Made by a program: the position numbers and the translations under genes. From a virus (taxonomy: Duplodnaviria > Caudoviricetes), in IMG/VR virus record IMGVR_UViG_3300010413_000127, positions 1 through 28,904 of that record: a DNA stretch of 28,904 nucleotides. One strand, 5' to 3'. Positions 10,201 to 19,277 of the stretch are shown in pieces (the stretch's first letter is position 1; the number at the start of each line of letters is the position of its first letter). The notes under the pieces are model-generated. The model made no database searches. It was not told the DNA's origin and worked only from the letters and a program-made list of their open reading frames with translations.

Positions 10201-13200
10201 GTTAGCGGTAGGAACCGCAAGGAAATCGAGGATGCGTTGTTCAAGGCGTCCGTATATCGCCCGATCGGAGCGGTGCTAGATGAAGTAGCGGCAAAGGCGG
10301 GGATGACTGGTCAAACATTGCGCCAAGAACTATCAAAGATGGGTGTTATAGATGACCTGAAACAATTGTTGGATGGCGCCAAAAACGATCTTGACGTGGC
10401 TAATGCGTTCGATCGATTTATCAAAGAAACAGAACAACACCTAGACCAACTGCATGAGGCAACTATCAAGGATGAGTACAACAAGATTGTTGGTGAAATG
10501 CAGATGGAGGGCGCTACGGCAATAACCAGACACCTTGGACGTATTTATATTGAGTGGCTATTCAACCGGCATTGGGATTTTGTAGAGAATGAGAAGGCGG
10601 CAAAGGCGCCCTATGGTCTACGATCTGAGCTTTGGTATAGGAATTTCATTAGCCAGGACGGGCGGCACACCCGATGGTTCGAAAGATTTGAGACACACTT
10701 GCTAGCGTTTGCCGATAGTGTTAGCTTGGGTGATGATAGGTCACGGATCATGCGTGCCGATCTTGAGGCTTATGCTGGTATCTATCGAGACTTCTACGGT
10801 TTCAAACGTGCTGAGTACGCAAAGCTGTTCAAACTCACAAACGATGGAGCGTTCAAGACAAAGGAAGAGGCAACCAAGTATTTCGCTGATATGCAGAAAA
10901 GGATTTCCAACCAGTATGACAACGTTGCTGTACCGGCTGAAATGAAATACTCTGCAAGGATCGGCGGTTATATCGAGGATATGTTCGCCCTCCAATATGG
11001 GGATGAGGTCCGACCTTACGTCAAAGAATGGTACGGCACGGTACAAAAGATGCGGTCAGATATGACCAAAGAGATGTCTAAGTTTCACAATGAGAGGCTT
11101 AAGGCATTTGAGGCGGGTCAAGATGCGCCCGCCTGGCAACCGTTTGTGGATGAGGTTATCAATCCCATGATCGCACAAATGGCGGTCGCCGGTAATGAAA
11201 AACTCGCCCCGCTTATGGATTACACACGGACACATGGCGGGGAAGTTAAATACTCTGTCAACCTTGATAAGGTAAAAACCTTTGACGATGGGTGGTGGTA
11301 TCCACCCAAGGGGATGACGGTCGAACAAAGTCTCGATAGGGCGGTTACTGCAAACTACAACCGGCACGTTGCTGAACAATTTCGGATGGACCCGAACACC
11401 CTACTAAAGATTGCACGCGAACGTGATCCAAAGATACGGAACATAGGTGATATCCCCACGTTTCTGACACATGAGATATTGGATGAATACTGGTCTGGAT
11501 CATTTCCAGATCAAGCCAAACCAAAGATACATCAGGATTTAGAAAAGTATATAAAGACTAAACTTCTTGACGAACGTCCTGGGCAAGATAGTCCTCACCC
11601 GTGGGACCGGCTAGACAATTTGCCCATGGCGGAAACGCCCAAGTGGTTTGCCTACCCTGATAACCGCGGCATGTATATGCCAACAAAATACTTACCGGAG
11701 AACATAGCCAGTACCATTCAAGATATGGCACAAGGAATGTTGTCTGAGGTATTGATGACCTCCGGAAAAGAGTTAAAGCCTCTTGACTTTATGAACGCGG
11801 AAGATTATTCCAAGTATTTACTCGAGGGGACGGGATTAACTTTTGCGGAATTTCAAGAAAAGATGGCGCCGTTTATAACCCAAGACTTGCGTTTTGATTG
11901 GGTTAAGACGATGGAGAAGAACAATATCGATCGTGGGACGCTGGCAAAAATCCTGAAAAAGATTGCACTTGGGGATGAAGATCCAGTATATAACCCTGCA
12001 CATTATAAGCAAACGCTTGTCAAGGGCGAGATTATAGACCGGATACTTGGTAAGCATGGACCTTTTGATAACCCCGATTACCCGATCGATGCGGATTATA
12101 AATTCTTGATTTACTTCAAAGAATGGGATTTAGCCGTTGAGCAATTCAATCGGTTGATGACGGGTGAAGGATTCAAAGGTGACACAAATGCGATTATAGA
12201 AACGTTTGGGTCCGAGCGCAACTTCAATGAACTTATGGATAGGTGGGGTAAGGCGCTAGAAACATTCTCGCCTGAGGGAATGACCGCCGAGGCACTTAAG
12301 CAAGAATCGAAAGTGCTAAAAGATACAGTGCGGGAATTGTCTAATTTGTTTGGGTTTCCTACTCAAACCCCTAGCACTGCCCTACTGGAAGGTAATTGGT
12401 TATTGAATGTTGTCAACAAATATGCCGAGGGTCCGATAGAGGATCACTCATTCGAGACAATACGCAATGCTGTTCAATCTGCAAGTCATAGCGTTAACCC
12501 TCGGGTACGTTTCTACGGCGAAGTAACCGACTATAGACTAGCGCCAATGGAAGGTATGTGGGAACGTGGAGCGAACGCCAACAAAGTACCTTACCGAGTA
12601 AAGGAAACAACGATATCCGAGAGGTCACGAACCGCCCTCGATCAACAAAACAAATATGTCAACACTGAAATAGCCAAGATAATTTACGGCGAGGAACCAG
12701 TAACCCCCTTTGGCGGTGACGATTACATAGGATATCTTAGGGATTTATTTGAGGAAGCAATCCGAGATGACCCTGGAATAGCGAAAAAACACAACATGGA
12801 GGAAAAACTCGCAAAGCTAAATGAAATTGATATAGAAAAGCTACGCGATGAGTACCCCGTAGAGGTCGAGGAAACAGTAACCGAGGTCGTGAAGTGGCGT
12901 GATCTAGATATGGTATCCGAGATTTACGATAGCAAACAATCGTACTATGACGGATACAAGCGCCTTGGACTAACGTCGATATCGGAAGCAACCCCCGAAC
13001 AAATAGCCAGCGCCCTGGAATATTGGTCGAGAACTGACACCGAAAATAATGTGTATTTTCAACGGTGGTTTATGGATGGCGCCGCGGTAGATGCGGATGG
13101 CAAACCGCTAATGCTGTACCACGGATCAAAGTCGCCGATTGATTTTTTGGAAATGAGTTTCGGTGAAATCAGGGATGAAGAAGGAAATTTACTGATCCAA

Positions 13201-16197
13201 TCGTCCCTCGATCCTGGGTCATATCTCGGTATACATCTGGCACAAGAACCAGAGGTAGCAAGCCAGTTTGCGGGCGGCAAGGCAGATGCAAGGGCAAGCT
13301 GGCTGAACACACGCTTTAGCGCCGACGAAGGGTATGGGCGCGTATATCCTGTGTACATAAACGTTCAGAACCCACGGATATTCAACACTGAGTGGGAAAT
13401 GCAAGATTTTATTTGGGACGTTGATCTCTCGAACAACGAACCATTTGGTATATATTTCGAGGAAGTAGGATACCGCTTACCACCTGGATTTGAAAATAAC
13501 AAGGATCCATTTAACGACGACGCCTATGACGCCTTTATAGCCTACTATATGCAAGACGCCGAGCATAGGCGAGCGGTCAACCTGGATATGTTGGATATGG
13601 CAAGGAGATGGGATGAGAACAACTATGAGGATGGCTATAGCTTTGTAGAGGAAATTATCCGTGATGCGGGTGAGGCGGCGAGAGAACGCCTGCAAAATGA
13701 AGGCTATGACGGAGTTAAGTACACGAATAATGTGGAGGGTGGGGTATCCTGGGTAGCGTTTGAACCCAACCAAGTCAAGTCAATTTTCAATCCTGGCACA
13801 TGGGACCCTAATGATCCTACCTTGATTGATATCAATAGCAACATATTTCGTGACCAACAGGTCAACCGTATATTTGATGAGTGGCGCAAGTTTACCGGCA
13901 CGGCGGAACCTGAGCCAATGAAGGGCGACTTTGAGCCGGTCAATGATGCGGTAAGGATGCCGCCTGGGTTTTCTGACAGTCAGGACCCAACCGGTCCTTG
14001 GGTGCCAGGGATGGAAGAAATGTGGCAAGAAAAGATCAAGCCCACCTTACTGGACGCCGAGGCACTTCTAATGTCCGAGAAGGGCAAGACCCGTGGTTTG
14101 TCCTTAGACGTGGATGCAGACGGGCGCAAACAACTGGACACCTATCTAACCAAGGTGTATGGTCAGCTATCTGACACTAAGCAAGCGGCGTTCAAGTGGG
14201 CTGAGAAAATGCGTGATTGGAGTTTGCTAAACTATGCCAATAGAACGGGTCTTGATGAGGTTATGGGCGCTGTCTTGCCCTATTCATTCTGGTATACCAG
14301 GACCTTCTTCAACTGGTGGACACAAAGAATATTTGATAAGCCTCAGTGGTTTGCAAGGGCGTACCGGATGAAGCGGTTAGCCGATGAGATGTATCAAGAA
14401 GGATTTCCGACCAGGCTAAAGGGAAAGATACGAATGCCAATACCGGCACTACCTGACTGGACCGGCGACGCTATATACTTTGATTATTACCACCAAGTAT
14501 TTCCGTTCCAAAACGTACTAGACACGAACCCCGTTTCTTTGTGGGTCAACGAACAACGTGAGTTCAAAGATGAGGTACGCTATGTTGTGGCGTCCATGAT
14601 CTCTAGCGGAGAAATCACGGAGCAACAAGGTATCCAGGCACTAGACACCATGGAGGGACCGCTTTGGGACAAGATAGTTACCACGGCAAAGATGCGTACC
14701 GAGGCGGAAATGGATAACCCGTTTGCCTTTATGAAGGCAATATCAGGACCAATGTTACCTATCTCATGGGCTTATGAAGCTATCCAAGGCAATCCCGCCG
14801 ATATAGGGTTGTTGCCTATAACAAGAACCTTCCAGGCTGTCACGTCACTTGCAACGCCAGGTGGTATTAATCTTGAGTCTGGATTTAGGAAATACTTTGG
14901 GTTGCCTGAGAACGGTCGATGGTCGCCTTACCAGATCGATCGTGAATTATCTAACATGGCGGGGAACGGTGAGATAACGTTCGAGGATGCCGTAACCGCT
15001 ATGATCGAACGTGCTGGACCGATCTATGAAACTGCGGTGGATCGCGTTGGAAAGATACAATCCGCTAAAACTTTCTTGGGATTTATGTGGGTGGATATCT
15101 TCCCTGAGGGTGAAGCCAAGCAAAGAAATCTCAAGAAAGTATTTGAACAATACGCCGACCAGGGACGCCTTACTGAGTTTTGGGATGAGCATCCGGAGTA
15201 TGGCGCACGCCTGGCGCTATGGGATTGGGAAGACCCCGAGGCTAGACTAAAGTTTTTCTTACGATCTCAGATATGGGATAAGTGGTATGACCTGTCTAAG
15301 GCGGAGCAAAACTCTTATAGTGATGCGTTCGGTAATCTATTCAAGTCCGCCTTCCTCTCAAGCGAAAGTCGATCCTACGACTCAATTGACACAAGTACGA
15401 TGGCGATGTGGGCAAGGGCGCTGAACCTGGAAATACCGGCTAATGAAGTGATCGACAACCCACCACAACTCAAGGTAGATTTACCATCTGAGGACGTGGT
15501 ACAACGTTTGGATTACTTCCAGCAAATGAGAGACGCGGCTATACCTGGCATAGATAATATTATTAGTATGTACTATGCACTACCCGAGGGTGAAGCACGT
15601 AAGCAAATGAGAATGTATGCCCCGCAACTCCAACAGTATTGGGACTTACGTGATATGTTCATAGCACAAAACATGGACCTGATCCCCTATATGGTGAGCA
15701 AAGATAATTCTGTCCAGGGTCTAACGCCCGAACAACAGGAAATTGTTTACCAGTATAGAGCGGCGGCAATCACTCAATTCCCTGGTATCAACCAGTTATC
15801 CGCTATGTATAGAGCAATTCCAAAAGAGAACAAGACGGAGCGGCGTGCATTTAGGGACGCTAATCCTGTCCTATACGACTATTGGGACTGGCAAGATACA
15901 GTGTTCCAAGAAGAACCATGGCTAGAGGACTTTATTTATGGCGGCGATGGAGAGGGAAGATTCCTAATTGACAATGCCGAGACACTATCCCTATCGTATG
16001 AGGCTGAGAAAATCAACGTAGATAATTGGGATGATGCACTTGTGTTTAGTGCAACTGGTTATCTGTTCGGGTCGCTTCCCCTGTCGCCTGGACTAGAGAC
16101 AAGCCTGCGCCGTGAATGGGAATTGACCGGTAGACCAGGTGGAACCTTTGATAGATATCTTGCACTACTTAGGTATAAGTTTGGTTTATATAAATAA
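7273..16197 (+). CDS. Giant (2974 aa) polyvalent internal virion/DNA-ejection protein with ADP-ribosyltransferase-like domain
   Basis: Uninterrupted 8.9-kb ORF; Gly-rich hydrophobic segments in N-terminal third; long helical body; ART-PolyVal motifs near residues 1940-2180. Confidence 0.8.
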   Translation: MPTTPNFRPPRPGEATHDLDRWADHYSSQGIDPYSIDAFRQEADRRQWIPKAQRQQQASLNEGMLGPGNNFWFDPRRVGLFHTQVNLIPGPGEELPEWVTPEFQDMLGAAYDYYSDINEGEWWTWTNGPTDDASSFFLSQMPLPPDQFLSVEYDDLYNQFAEGYGAEPDASTLQWSGLTDEEFAALPGWQQALYNNLYAWGGTKIAGPEGEAVSLDPQQYASLPLEQRLLMTAFSDPAVTGASIGLIGGLMGMAGGLVIGSLFKHFPFLQKVGQVLDIPAQFVERSLGTMALMTTMTEEEKEYERQRLSENPMENLKMIFNGTHPMFDILEDKWSEKNRAAMWTASTLFYESMGPPTFHALTEGLFNKPEGDETYLGNLRGALEDITPGHTIDTWQFGNPEEWALGFEDYDVYALQKLTNDILDGTYPPEVLLQKYSAQFGAPGTVTDLMGFIFLDPLNVVAPMANDLLAIPAKMANNTTLLNAISESKGPMEALKKYRGQMSLAPMDDLAKMSSFQRFLAGATDEGRPAGFNVERQVYESITPFGTFRYSPTSFWNKLGGAITPIGPMGIGAAVGSIFGPIGMVALGGVGALKGWKKGFGYLANLTPVAQAVETLRWTTGNIGEIINHATSRAEVDSIVRAVANTPEVVARELSMNTILSHIGATVSASLKDFDWEVLDNLGETFEGLSVKRAIIQNMSEALGMRVDDVLREINKKDTAILLNQYMEKIRQVDTPEAKAILQAFDNGTLNATTLDEVFKVFVKDKNPVNLNEYKAAVVNALHDHIEDWAAKYYDIQKDPTWLRVSRIAKSAQAILLMGWNPTYLVNNFVNNIVTMAYDGGLNVARGPLSIREMRRFWEDVFGFVPDRVMEGVGAEGLVRPEIVFAQGTGAIIEASRGKGGLLNSLQDKVNWVNNKFGVITNASAKIESWSSARIMTGEFLSAFESLWKPGQGYDTMDLSLERALGDGAGLVRDAIVSGRNRKEIEDALFKASVYRPIGAVLDEVAAKAGMTGQTLRQELSKMGVIDDLKQLLDGAKNDLDVANAFDRFIKETEQHLDQLHEATIKDEYNKIVGEMQMEGATAITRHLGRIYIEWLFNRHWDFVENEKAAKAPYGLRSELWYRNFISQDGRHTRWFERFETHLLAFADSVSLGDDRSRIMRADLEAYAGIYRDFYGFKRAEYAKLFKLTNDGAFKTKEEATKYFADMQKRISNQYDNVAVPAEMKYSARIGGYIEDMFALQYGDEVRPYVKEWYGTVQKMRSDMTKEMSKFHNERLKAFEAGQDAPAWQPFVDEVINPMIAQMAVAGNEKLAPLMDYTRTHGGEVKYSVNLDKVKTFDDGWWYPPKGMTVEQSLDRAVTANYNRHVAEQFRMDPNTLLKIARERDPKIRNIGDIPTFLTHEILDEYWSGSFPDQAKPKIHQDLEKYIKTKLLDERPGQDSPHPWDRLDNLPMAETPKWFAYPDNRGMYMPTKYLPENIASTIQDMAQGMLSEVLMTSGKELKPLDFMNAEDYSKYLLEGTGLTFAEFQEKMAPFITQDLRFDWVKTMEKNNIDRGTLAKILKKIALGDEDPVYNPAHYKQTLVKGEIIDRILGKHGPFDNPDYPIDADYKFLIYFKEWDLAVEQFNRLMTGEGFKGDTNAIIETFGSERNFNELMDRWGKALETFSPEGMTAEALKQESKVLKDTVRELSNLFGFPTQTPSTALLEGNWLLNVVNKYAEGPIEDHSFETIRNAVQSASHSVNPRVRFYGEVTDYRLAPMEGMWERGANANKVPYRVKETTISERSRTALDQQNKYVNTEIAKIIYGEEPVTPFGGDDYIGYLRDLFEEAIRDDPGIAKKHNMEEKLAKLNEIDIEKLRDEYPVEVEETVTEVVKWRDLDMVSEIYDSKQSYYDGYKRLGLTSISEATPEQIASALEYWSRTDTENNVYFQRWFMDGAAVDADGKPLMLYHGSKSPIDFLEMSFGEIRDEEGNLLIQSSLDPGSYLGIHLAQEPEVASQFAGGKADARASWLNTRFSADEGYGRVYPVYINVQNPRIFNTEWEMQDFIWDVDLSNNEPFGIYFEEVGYRLPPGFENNKDPFNDDAYDAFIAYYMQDAEHRRAVNLDMLDMARRWDENNYEDGYSFVEEIIRDAGEAARERLQNEGYDGVKYTNNVEGGVSWVAFEPNQVKSIFNPGTWDPNDPTLIDINSNIFRDQQVNRIFDEWRKFTGTAEPEPMKGDFEPVNDAVRMPPGFSDSQDPTGPWVPGMEEMWQEKIKPTLLDAEALLMSEKGKTRGLSLDVDADGRKQLDTYLTKVYGQLSDTKQAAFKWAEKMRDWSLLNYANRTGLDEVMGAVLPYSFWYTRTFFNWWTQRIFDKPQWFARAYRMKRLADEMYQEGFPTRLKGKIRMPIPALPDWTGDAIYFDYYHQVFPFQNVLDTNPVSLWVNEQREFKDEVRYVVASMISSGEITEQQGIQALDTMEGPLWDKIVTTAKMRTEAEMDNPFAFMKAISGPMLPISWAYEAIQGNPADIGLLPITRTFQAVTSLATPGGINLESGFRKYFGLPENGRWSPYQIDRELSNMAGNGEITFEDAVTAMIERAGPIYETAVDRVGKIQSAKTFLGFMWVDIFPEGEAKQRNLKKVFEQYADQGRLTEFWDEHPEYGARLALWDWEDPEARLKFFLRSQIWDKWYDLSKAEQNSYSDAFGNLFKSAFLSSESRSYDSIDTSTMAMWARALNLEIPANEVIDNPPQLKVDLPSEDVVQRLDYFQQMRDAAIPGIDNIISMYYALPEGEARKQMRMYAPQLQQYWDLRDMFIAQNMDLIPYMVSKDNSVQGLTPEQQEIVYQYRAAAITQFPGINQLSAMYRAIPKENKTERRAFRDANPVLYDYWDWQDTVFQEEPWLEDFIYGGDGEGRFLIDNAETLSLSYEAEKINVDNWDDALVFSATGYLFGSLPLSPGLETSLRREWELTGRPGGTFDRYLALLRYKFGLYK
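13087..13818 (+). other. ART-PolyVal-like ADP-ribosyltransferase domain within the giant protein
   Basis: VDADGKPLMLYHGS ... GIHLAQEPEVASQFA ... VYPVYINVQNP ... GYDGVKY ... VAFEPNQVKSIFNPGTWDP follows the characteristic motif order of this family. Confidence 0.8.
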
Positions 16198-16199
16198 TA

Positions 16200-16208
16200 T
16201 GCTATAAT
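16200..16208 (+). promoter_or_regulatory. Extended -10 promoter for the scaffold-capsid operon
   Basis: TGCTATAAT (perfect TGnTATAAT) in the AT-rich gap upstream of the scaffold RBS GGAGGT (16221-16226). Confidence 0.65.
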
Positions 16209-16229
16209 CTTTTGACAAATGGAGGTCTA

Positions 16230-17003
16230 ATGCCAGATCGTAACCAACCGACGGAGAACAACCCTGAAAACTTGCAAGACGGTACCCCTGCAAGCGGTAA
16301 CGCTAGACAGCAACAAGATAGAGTGCAACAGCTACAGCAAGCACGACAAGCACAACAGACACAACCTAGCGAACCACAAGGGCAAACTCCAGGCTATGTT
16401 ACTCAAGAATACTTCGACCAGGCGTTATCTCGGATCGAGAGTATGCTTCAGAGCAGTAGGGACCGAACCGTTAATCGTTTGCGAGACTTGCTAGAAGAAC
16501 GTGAGTCTGTGTTGATGAGGAAAGTAGAAGAGGCTCGCCAATCTGGTGTCGATATTACCGATGATGACGTCAAAGCGGCACGCGAAAAGATCAGGGCTGA
16601 GGTCTTGGCTACTTCCTCGCAAGGCGTTTCCGACCAGGATACTGGTCGAGATAACGTGGAGCGCAACCAACCCACGCCCCAAGAACTTCAACAAGGCGCA
16701 CTTGAGGCACAAAAGATAAGCCTCAAGTACAATTTCTTTGTTGAACCTGGGGACCCTGAATATAAGAATATCAATCGGGGTTTCCCAACCAAGCAAGCTA
16801 TGTTAGATGCGGTAGATCAGGCTCACCGCGCTAAGGCTAATCGATTAGGTTTATCCGTCCCTCAAGAAACTTCCGATAAACCTGTCCCCCCTGCGGAGCG
16901 TTCGCCTAGTGTTGGCACTGGCGGATCGCCCCCTGGAAATTCTATACAGGACATTACCGATCCCTCGGAGTTATTCAAAATATATAAACAATCCAAGGGA
17001 TAA
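16230..17003 (+). CDS. Capsid scaffolding protein (putative)
   Basis: ATG at 16230 with GGAGGT; Gln-rich disordered N-terminus, coiled coils, Pro/Gly linker and short C-terminal helix; directly upstream of MCP. Confidence 0.7.
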   Translation: MPDRNQPTENNPENLQDGTPASGNARQQQDRVQQLQQARQAQQTQPSEPQGQTPGYVTQEYFDQALSRIESMLQSSRDRTVNRLRDLLEERESVLMRKVEEARQSGVDITDDDVKAAREKIRAEVLATSSQGVSDQDTGRDNVERNQPTPQELQQGALEAQKISLKYNFFVEPGDPEYKNINRGFPTKQAMLDAVDQAHRAKANRLGLSVPQETSDKPVPPAERSPSVGTGGSPPGNSIQDITDPSELFKIYKQSKG

Positions 17004-17020
17004 TAATACGGAGGTTTATT

Positions 17021-18013
17021 ATGGCGGTTACACTAGCGCATGTATCTAAGCTAGAGTCAGATGTTTTGAAAAAAATGATTTATCAAAACATGCTACGCAA
17101 GGCGCCTATGCTTAACTATGTGCCATTTGAAAATGTTAACTCTCTCCGGTCGGTTGCAATTCGCTGGACAAATTTACCGTCTGTAGCGTTTCGGCGTATC
17201 AACGGGGATTACTCGACCAGTGAAGGCGATATCGACCAGGTGTATGAGAGCGTATACGGTTTTGGCGGAAAGATTCGCGTCGATCGTGTATTCAAAAAGA
17301 TCGGTGGTTCGCTTATCAAGGATCCCGAACAACTGCAAATTGAAATGATGAGTGAAGCCATGGCAATCAAGTTCAACGATTACTTTGTCAATGGCGACCA
17401 CGCGTCCGATCCCGATGGTTTTGAGGGCATTAAGAAACGAATTTCTAATATGCCTTCTCGTCAAACGGTTCAGCTTGGTGCGGCAAGTGCTGACGCCCAT
17501 GATCCTACTGCATCCACCGCGAACGCCCGTGCGTTCTTGGATAAGTGGGAAGAGGCTTATTACAAAGCGGATGGCGGAAACGTTTCGCTGATCCTTTGTA
17601 ATGAGGGTGTTAAGTGGGGTCTTGGAAAGGTCCTGCGGTATCTCGGTATTGCTGGCTATTCCTCGCAACTCGACGTAACCAAGGATCAGTTCGATCGCGA
17701 GTTTCCGACCTATAAGGGCGCAACGATTGTTGATGCCGGTTTGTTAGCCGATCAGTCTACTGAGATTATCACTAACACCGAGGCAGATGCCGCGGCAAAC
17801 TCAAGTGATACAACCAGCGTTTATTTCATTCCTTTCAACGATGAAAACGGAATTGTTGGTATCCAACTCTCGGAAATGGAAACATTTCCTGGCGAGAAGG
17901 ACCAGGCTACTTCCGATGTGACAACCGTTGAATGGTGGGCTGGACTAGCCGGTTTCGGTTCCTATGGACCTACTCGTCTTTGGAATCTAGAAGCGCCCGC
18001 AAGCTGGACATAA
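17021..18013 (+). CDS. Major capsid protein (HK97 fold, epsilon15 gp7/BPP-1-like)
   Basis: 330 aa, strong RBS GGAGGT; pattern TLAHVSKL...ML..VPFE...LPSVAFRRING.Y...NGD...P.GFEGI.KR. Confidence 0.85.
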   Translation: MAVTLAHVSKLESDVLKKMIYQNMLRKAPMLNYVPFENVNSLRSVAIRWTNLPSVAFRRINGDYSTSEGDIDQVYESVYGFGGKIRVDRVFKKIGGSLIKDPEQLQIEMMSEAMAIKFNDYFVNGDHASDPDGFEGIKKRISNMPSRQTVQLGAASADAHDPTASTANARAFLDKWEEAYYKADGGNVSLILCNEGVKWGLGKVLRYLGIAGYSSQLDVTKDQFDREFPTYKGATIVDAGLLADQSTEIITNTEADAAANSSDTTSVYFIPFNDENGIVGIQLSEMETFPGEKDQATSDVTTVEWWAGLAGFGSYGPTRLWNLEAPASWT

Positions 18014-18026
18014 GGAAGGTGAGACT

Positions 18027-18464
18027 ATGGCTACTGTACTAGATGGTTCTGGTGGCGGCGTATTTGATAACGCTGTCATGTTTCTTAGTTCTGGCAATCT
18101 CACTGCAACGTCAACCGTTCCAAGTGCTGGTCTGAAAATTCGTGGTACTCATGTTAATGGTTCTGCGGCTCGCGTCGTGTTTCCTTCGACCCCTGGTACT
18201 GCGGCTCAAGTGGCGGTTGCTATCCATGCAAGCGCCGACGACTCGACCTACCGCGTGATTGCTTCTTATCCTGGCGGCGCCCTGTCCTGGGCGTCTGGCG
18301 GGAAAGAGATTATGCTACCGTTTGCTGTGCCAAGCGGCTACCCCTACGTCAAGATGGTATTCACCGTGACCGGTGGTACTACTGACACATCGTGGGGTGC
18401 TGTAAAAGCCGGTATCGTACCTCGCGCGCATGGTGTTTGGACGCGTGCCGTTCGTTGGGATTGA
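18027..18464 (+). CDS. Capsid cement/decoration protein (jelly-roll, Bbp16-like)
   Basis: 145 aa, beta-rich, Gly/Ser/Thr/Ala-rich, directly after MCP; VFDNAVMF start and PYVKMVFTVTGG end resemble cement proteins. Confidence 0.6.
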   Translation: MATVLDGSGGGVFDNAVMFLSSGNLTATSTVPSAGLKIRGTHVNGSAARVVFPSTPGTAAQVAVAIHASADDSTYRVIASYPGGALSWASGGKEIMLPFAVPSGYPYVKMVFTVTGGTTDTSWGAVKAGIVPRAHGVWTRAVRWD

Positions 18465-18482
18465 TCTACAACTAAATAATAA

Positions 18483-18501
18483 GGGGGGGTGACCCCCCCC
18501 C
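18483..18501. terminator. G7-TGA-C9 hairpin (terminator/attenuator or mRNA stabiliser)
   Basis: GGGGGGGTGACCCCCCCCC just after the cement stop; can fold as a G6/C6 stem with a GUGA (GNRA) loop; no U-tract on +, U-rich tail only on -. Confidence 0.55.
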
Positions 18502-18518
18502 TACCTTAACAACCTATT

Positions 18519-19277
18519 ATGAGAAATGTGCTATTGGGGCTACCCTACTCTCGACCCCCATCGCATAGGTTTTTGCGTTCTCTGATATTCCTCGCCGCAT
18601 CTGGCGAGGCTCAGATATTGCTACTACCGGATGACCCATTTGGTTTACCTATCGATGAGGCGAGAAATATAATATGTGAGTCTATGCTGAAAACTCCCGA
18701 GGCGGAGTTTTTATTGTTTATAGATAATGATTGTTTGTTCCCGCCTGGCGCTGTCAAGCGCATGGTAGACCACGATCTTCCGTATATTTGTGCCGGTATG
18801 TATACAACAGATGTGCCACCACGCCCGACGATAGGGCAATATATCGGTCACGCTACGGATGGAAAGATACATTATTCGTGGTCTAAGTATGCCAAGAAGG
18901 TTGCACACTATGTTTGGAACGTGCAAGAAAAGGACGGTGTTGATCGCAACGATATATTATTCCCGCAAACAAAACAAGATTTGTATAAGATAGATGGATC
19001 AGGGATGCACTTCACACTTATCAGGCGTGATGTGATAGAAAACGTTGATCCACCATGGTTCAAAACCCTCAACACAACTGGCGCCGGTGAGGACTTTCAC
19101 TTTTGCAAGAAGGTTGCTGACGCCGGTTATCCGATGTACGCCGATCTCAGCGTACAAACAGGACACACCGCGGGGGAACGGTATGACTTTGGGATAAGAG
19201 AATTGTTGTTGGTTTTGAAATACGTAGGGCTTGATAATCTCGAGGATGACATACCACCCAACTTGATAATAGGATGA
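18519..19277 (+). CDS. Glycosyltransferase, GT-A fold (GT2-like)
   Basis: IDEARN, LLFIDND (DxD), GMHFTLIRRDV, GEDFHFC..V..AGY, terminal GH. Confidence 0.85.
   Translation: MRNVLLGLPYSRPPSHRFLRSLIFLAASGEAQILLLPDDPFGLPIDEARNIICESMLKTPEAEFLLFIDNDCLFPPGAVKRMVDHDLPYICAGMYTTDVPPRPTIGQYIGHATDGKIHYSWSKYAKKVAHYVWNVQEKDGVDRNDILFPQTKQDLYKIDGSGMHFTLIRRDVIENVDPPWFKTLNTTGAGEDFHFCKKVADAGYPMYADLSVQTGHTAGERYDFGIRELLLVLKYVGLDNLEDDIPPNLIIG

Noticed and set aside
7273-16197. Giant ORF as tape measure protein or virion RNA polymerase
   Set aside because: No tail tube or assembly chaperone context, and no DxDGD or T7-type polymerase motifs recognised; ART-PolyVal content fits a polyvalent ejection protein better
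17000-17022. ATAATAA/TTATTAT inverted repeat around the MCP Shine-Dalgarno
   Set aside because: All-AU 7-bp stem in an AT-rich gap; too weak to claim a regulatory role
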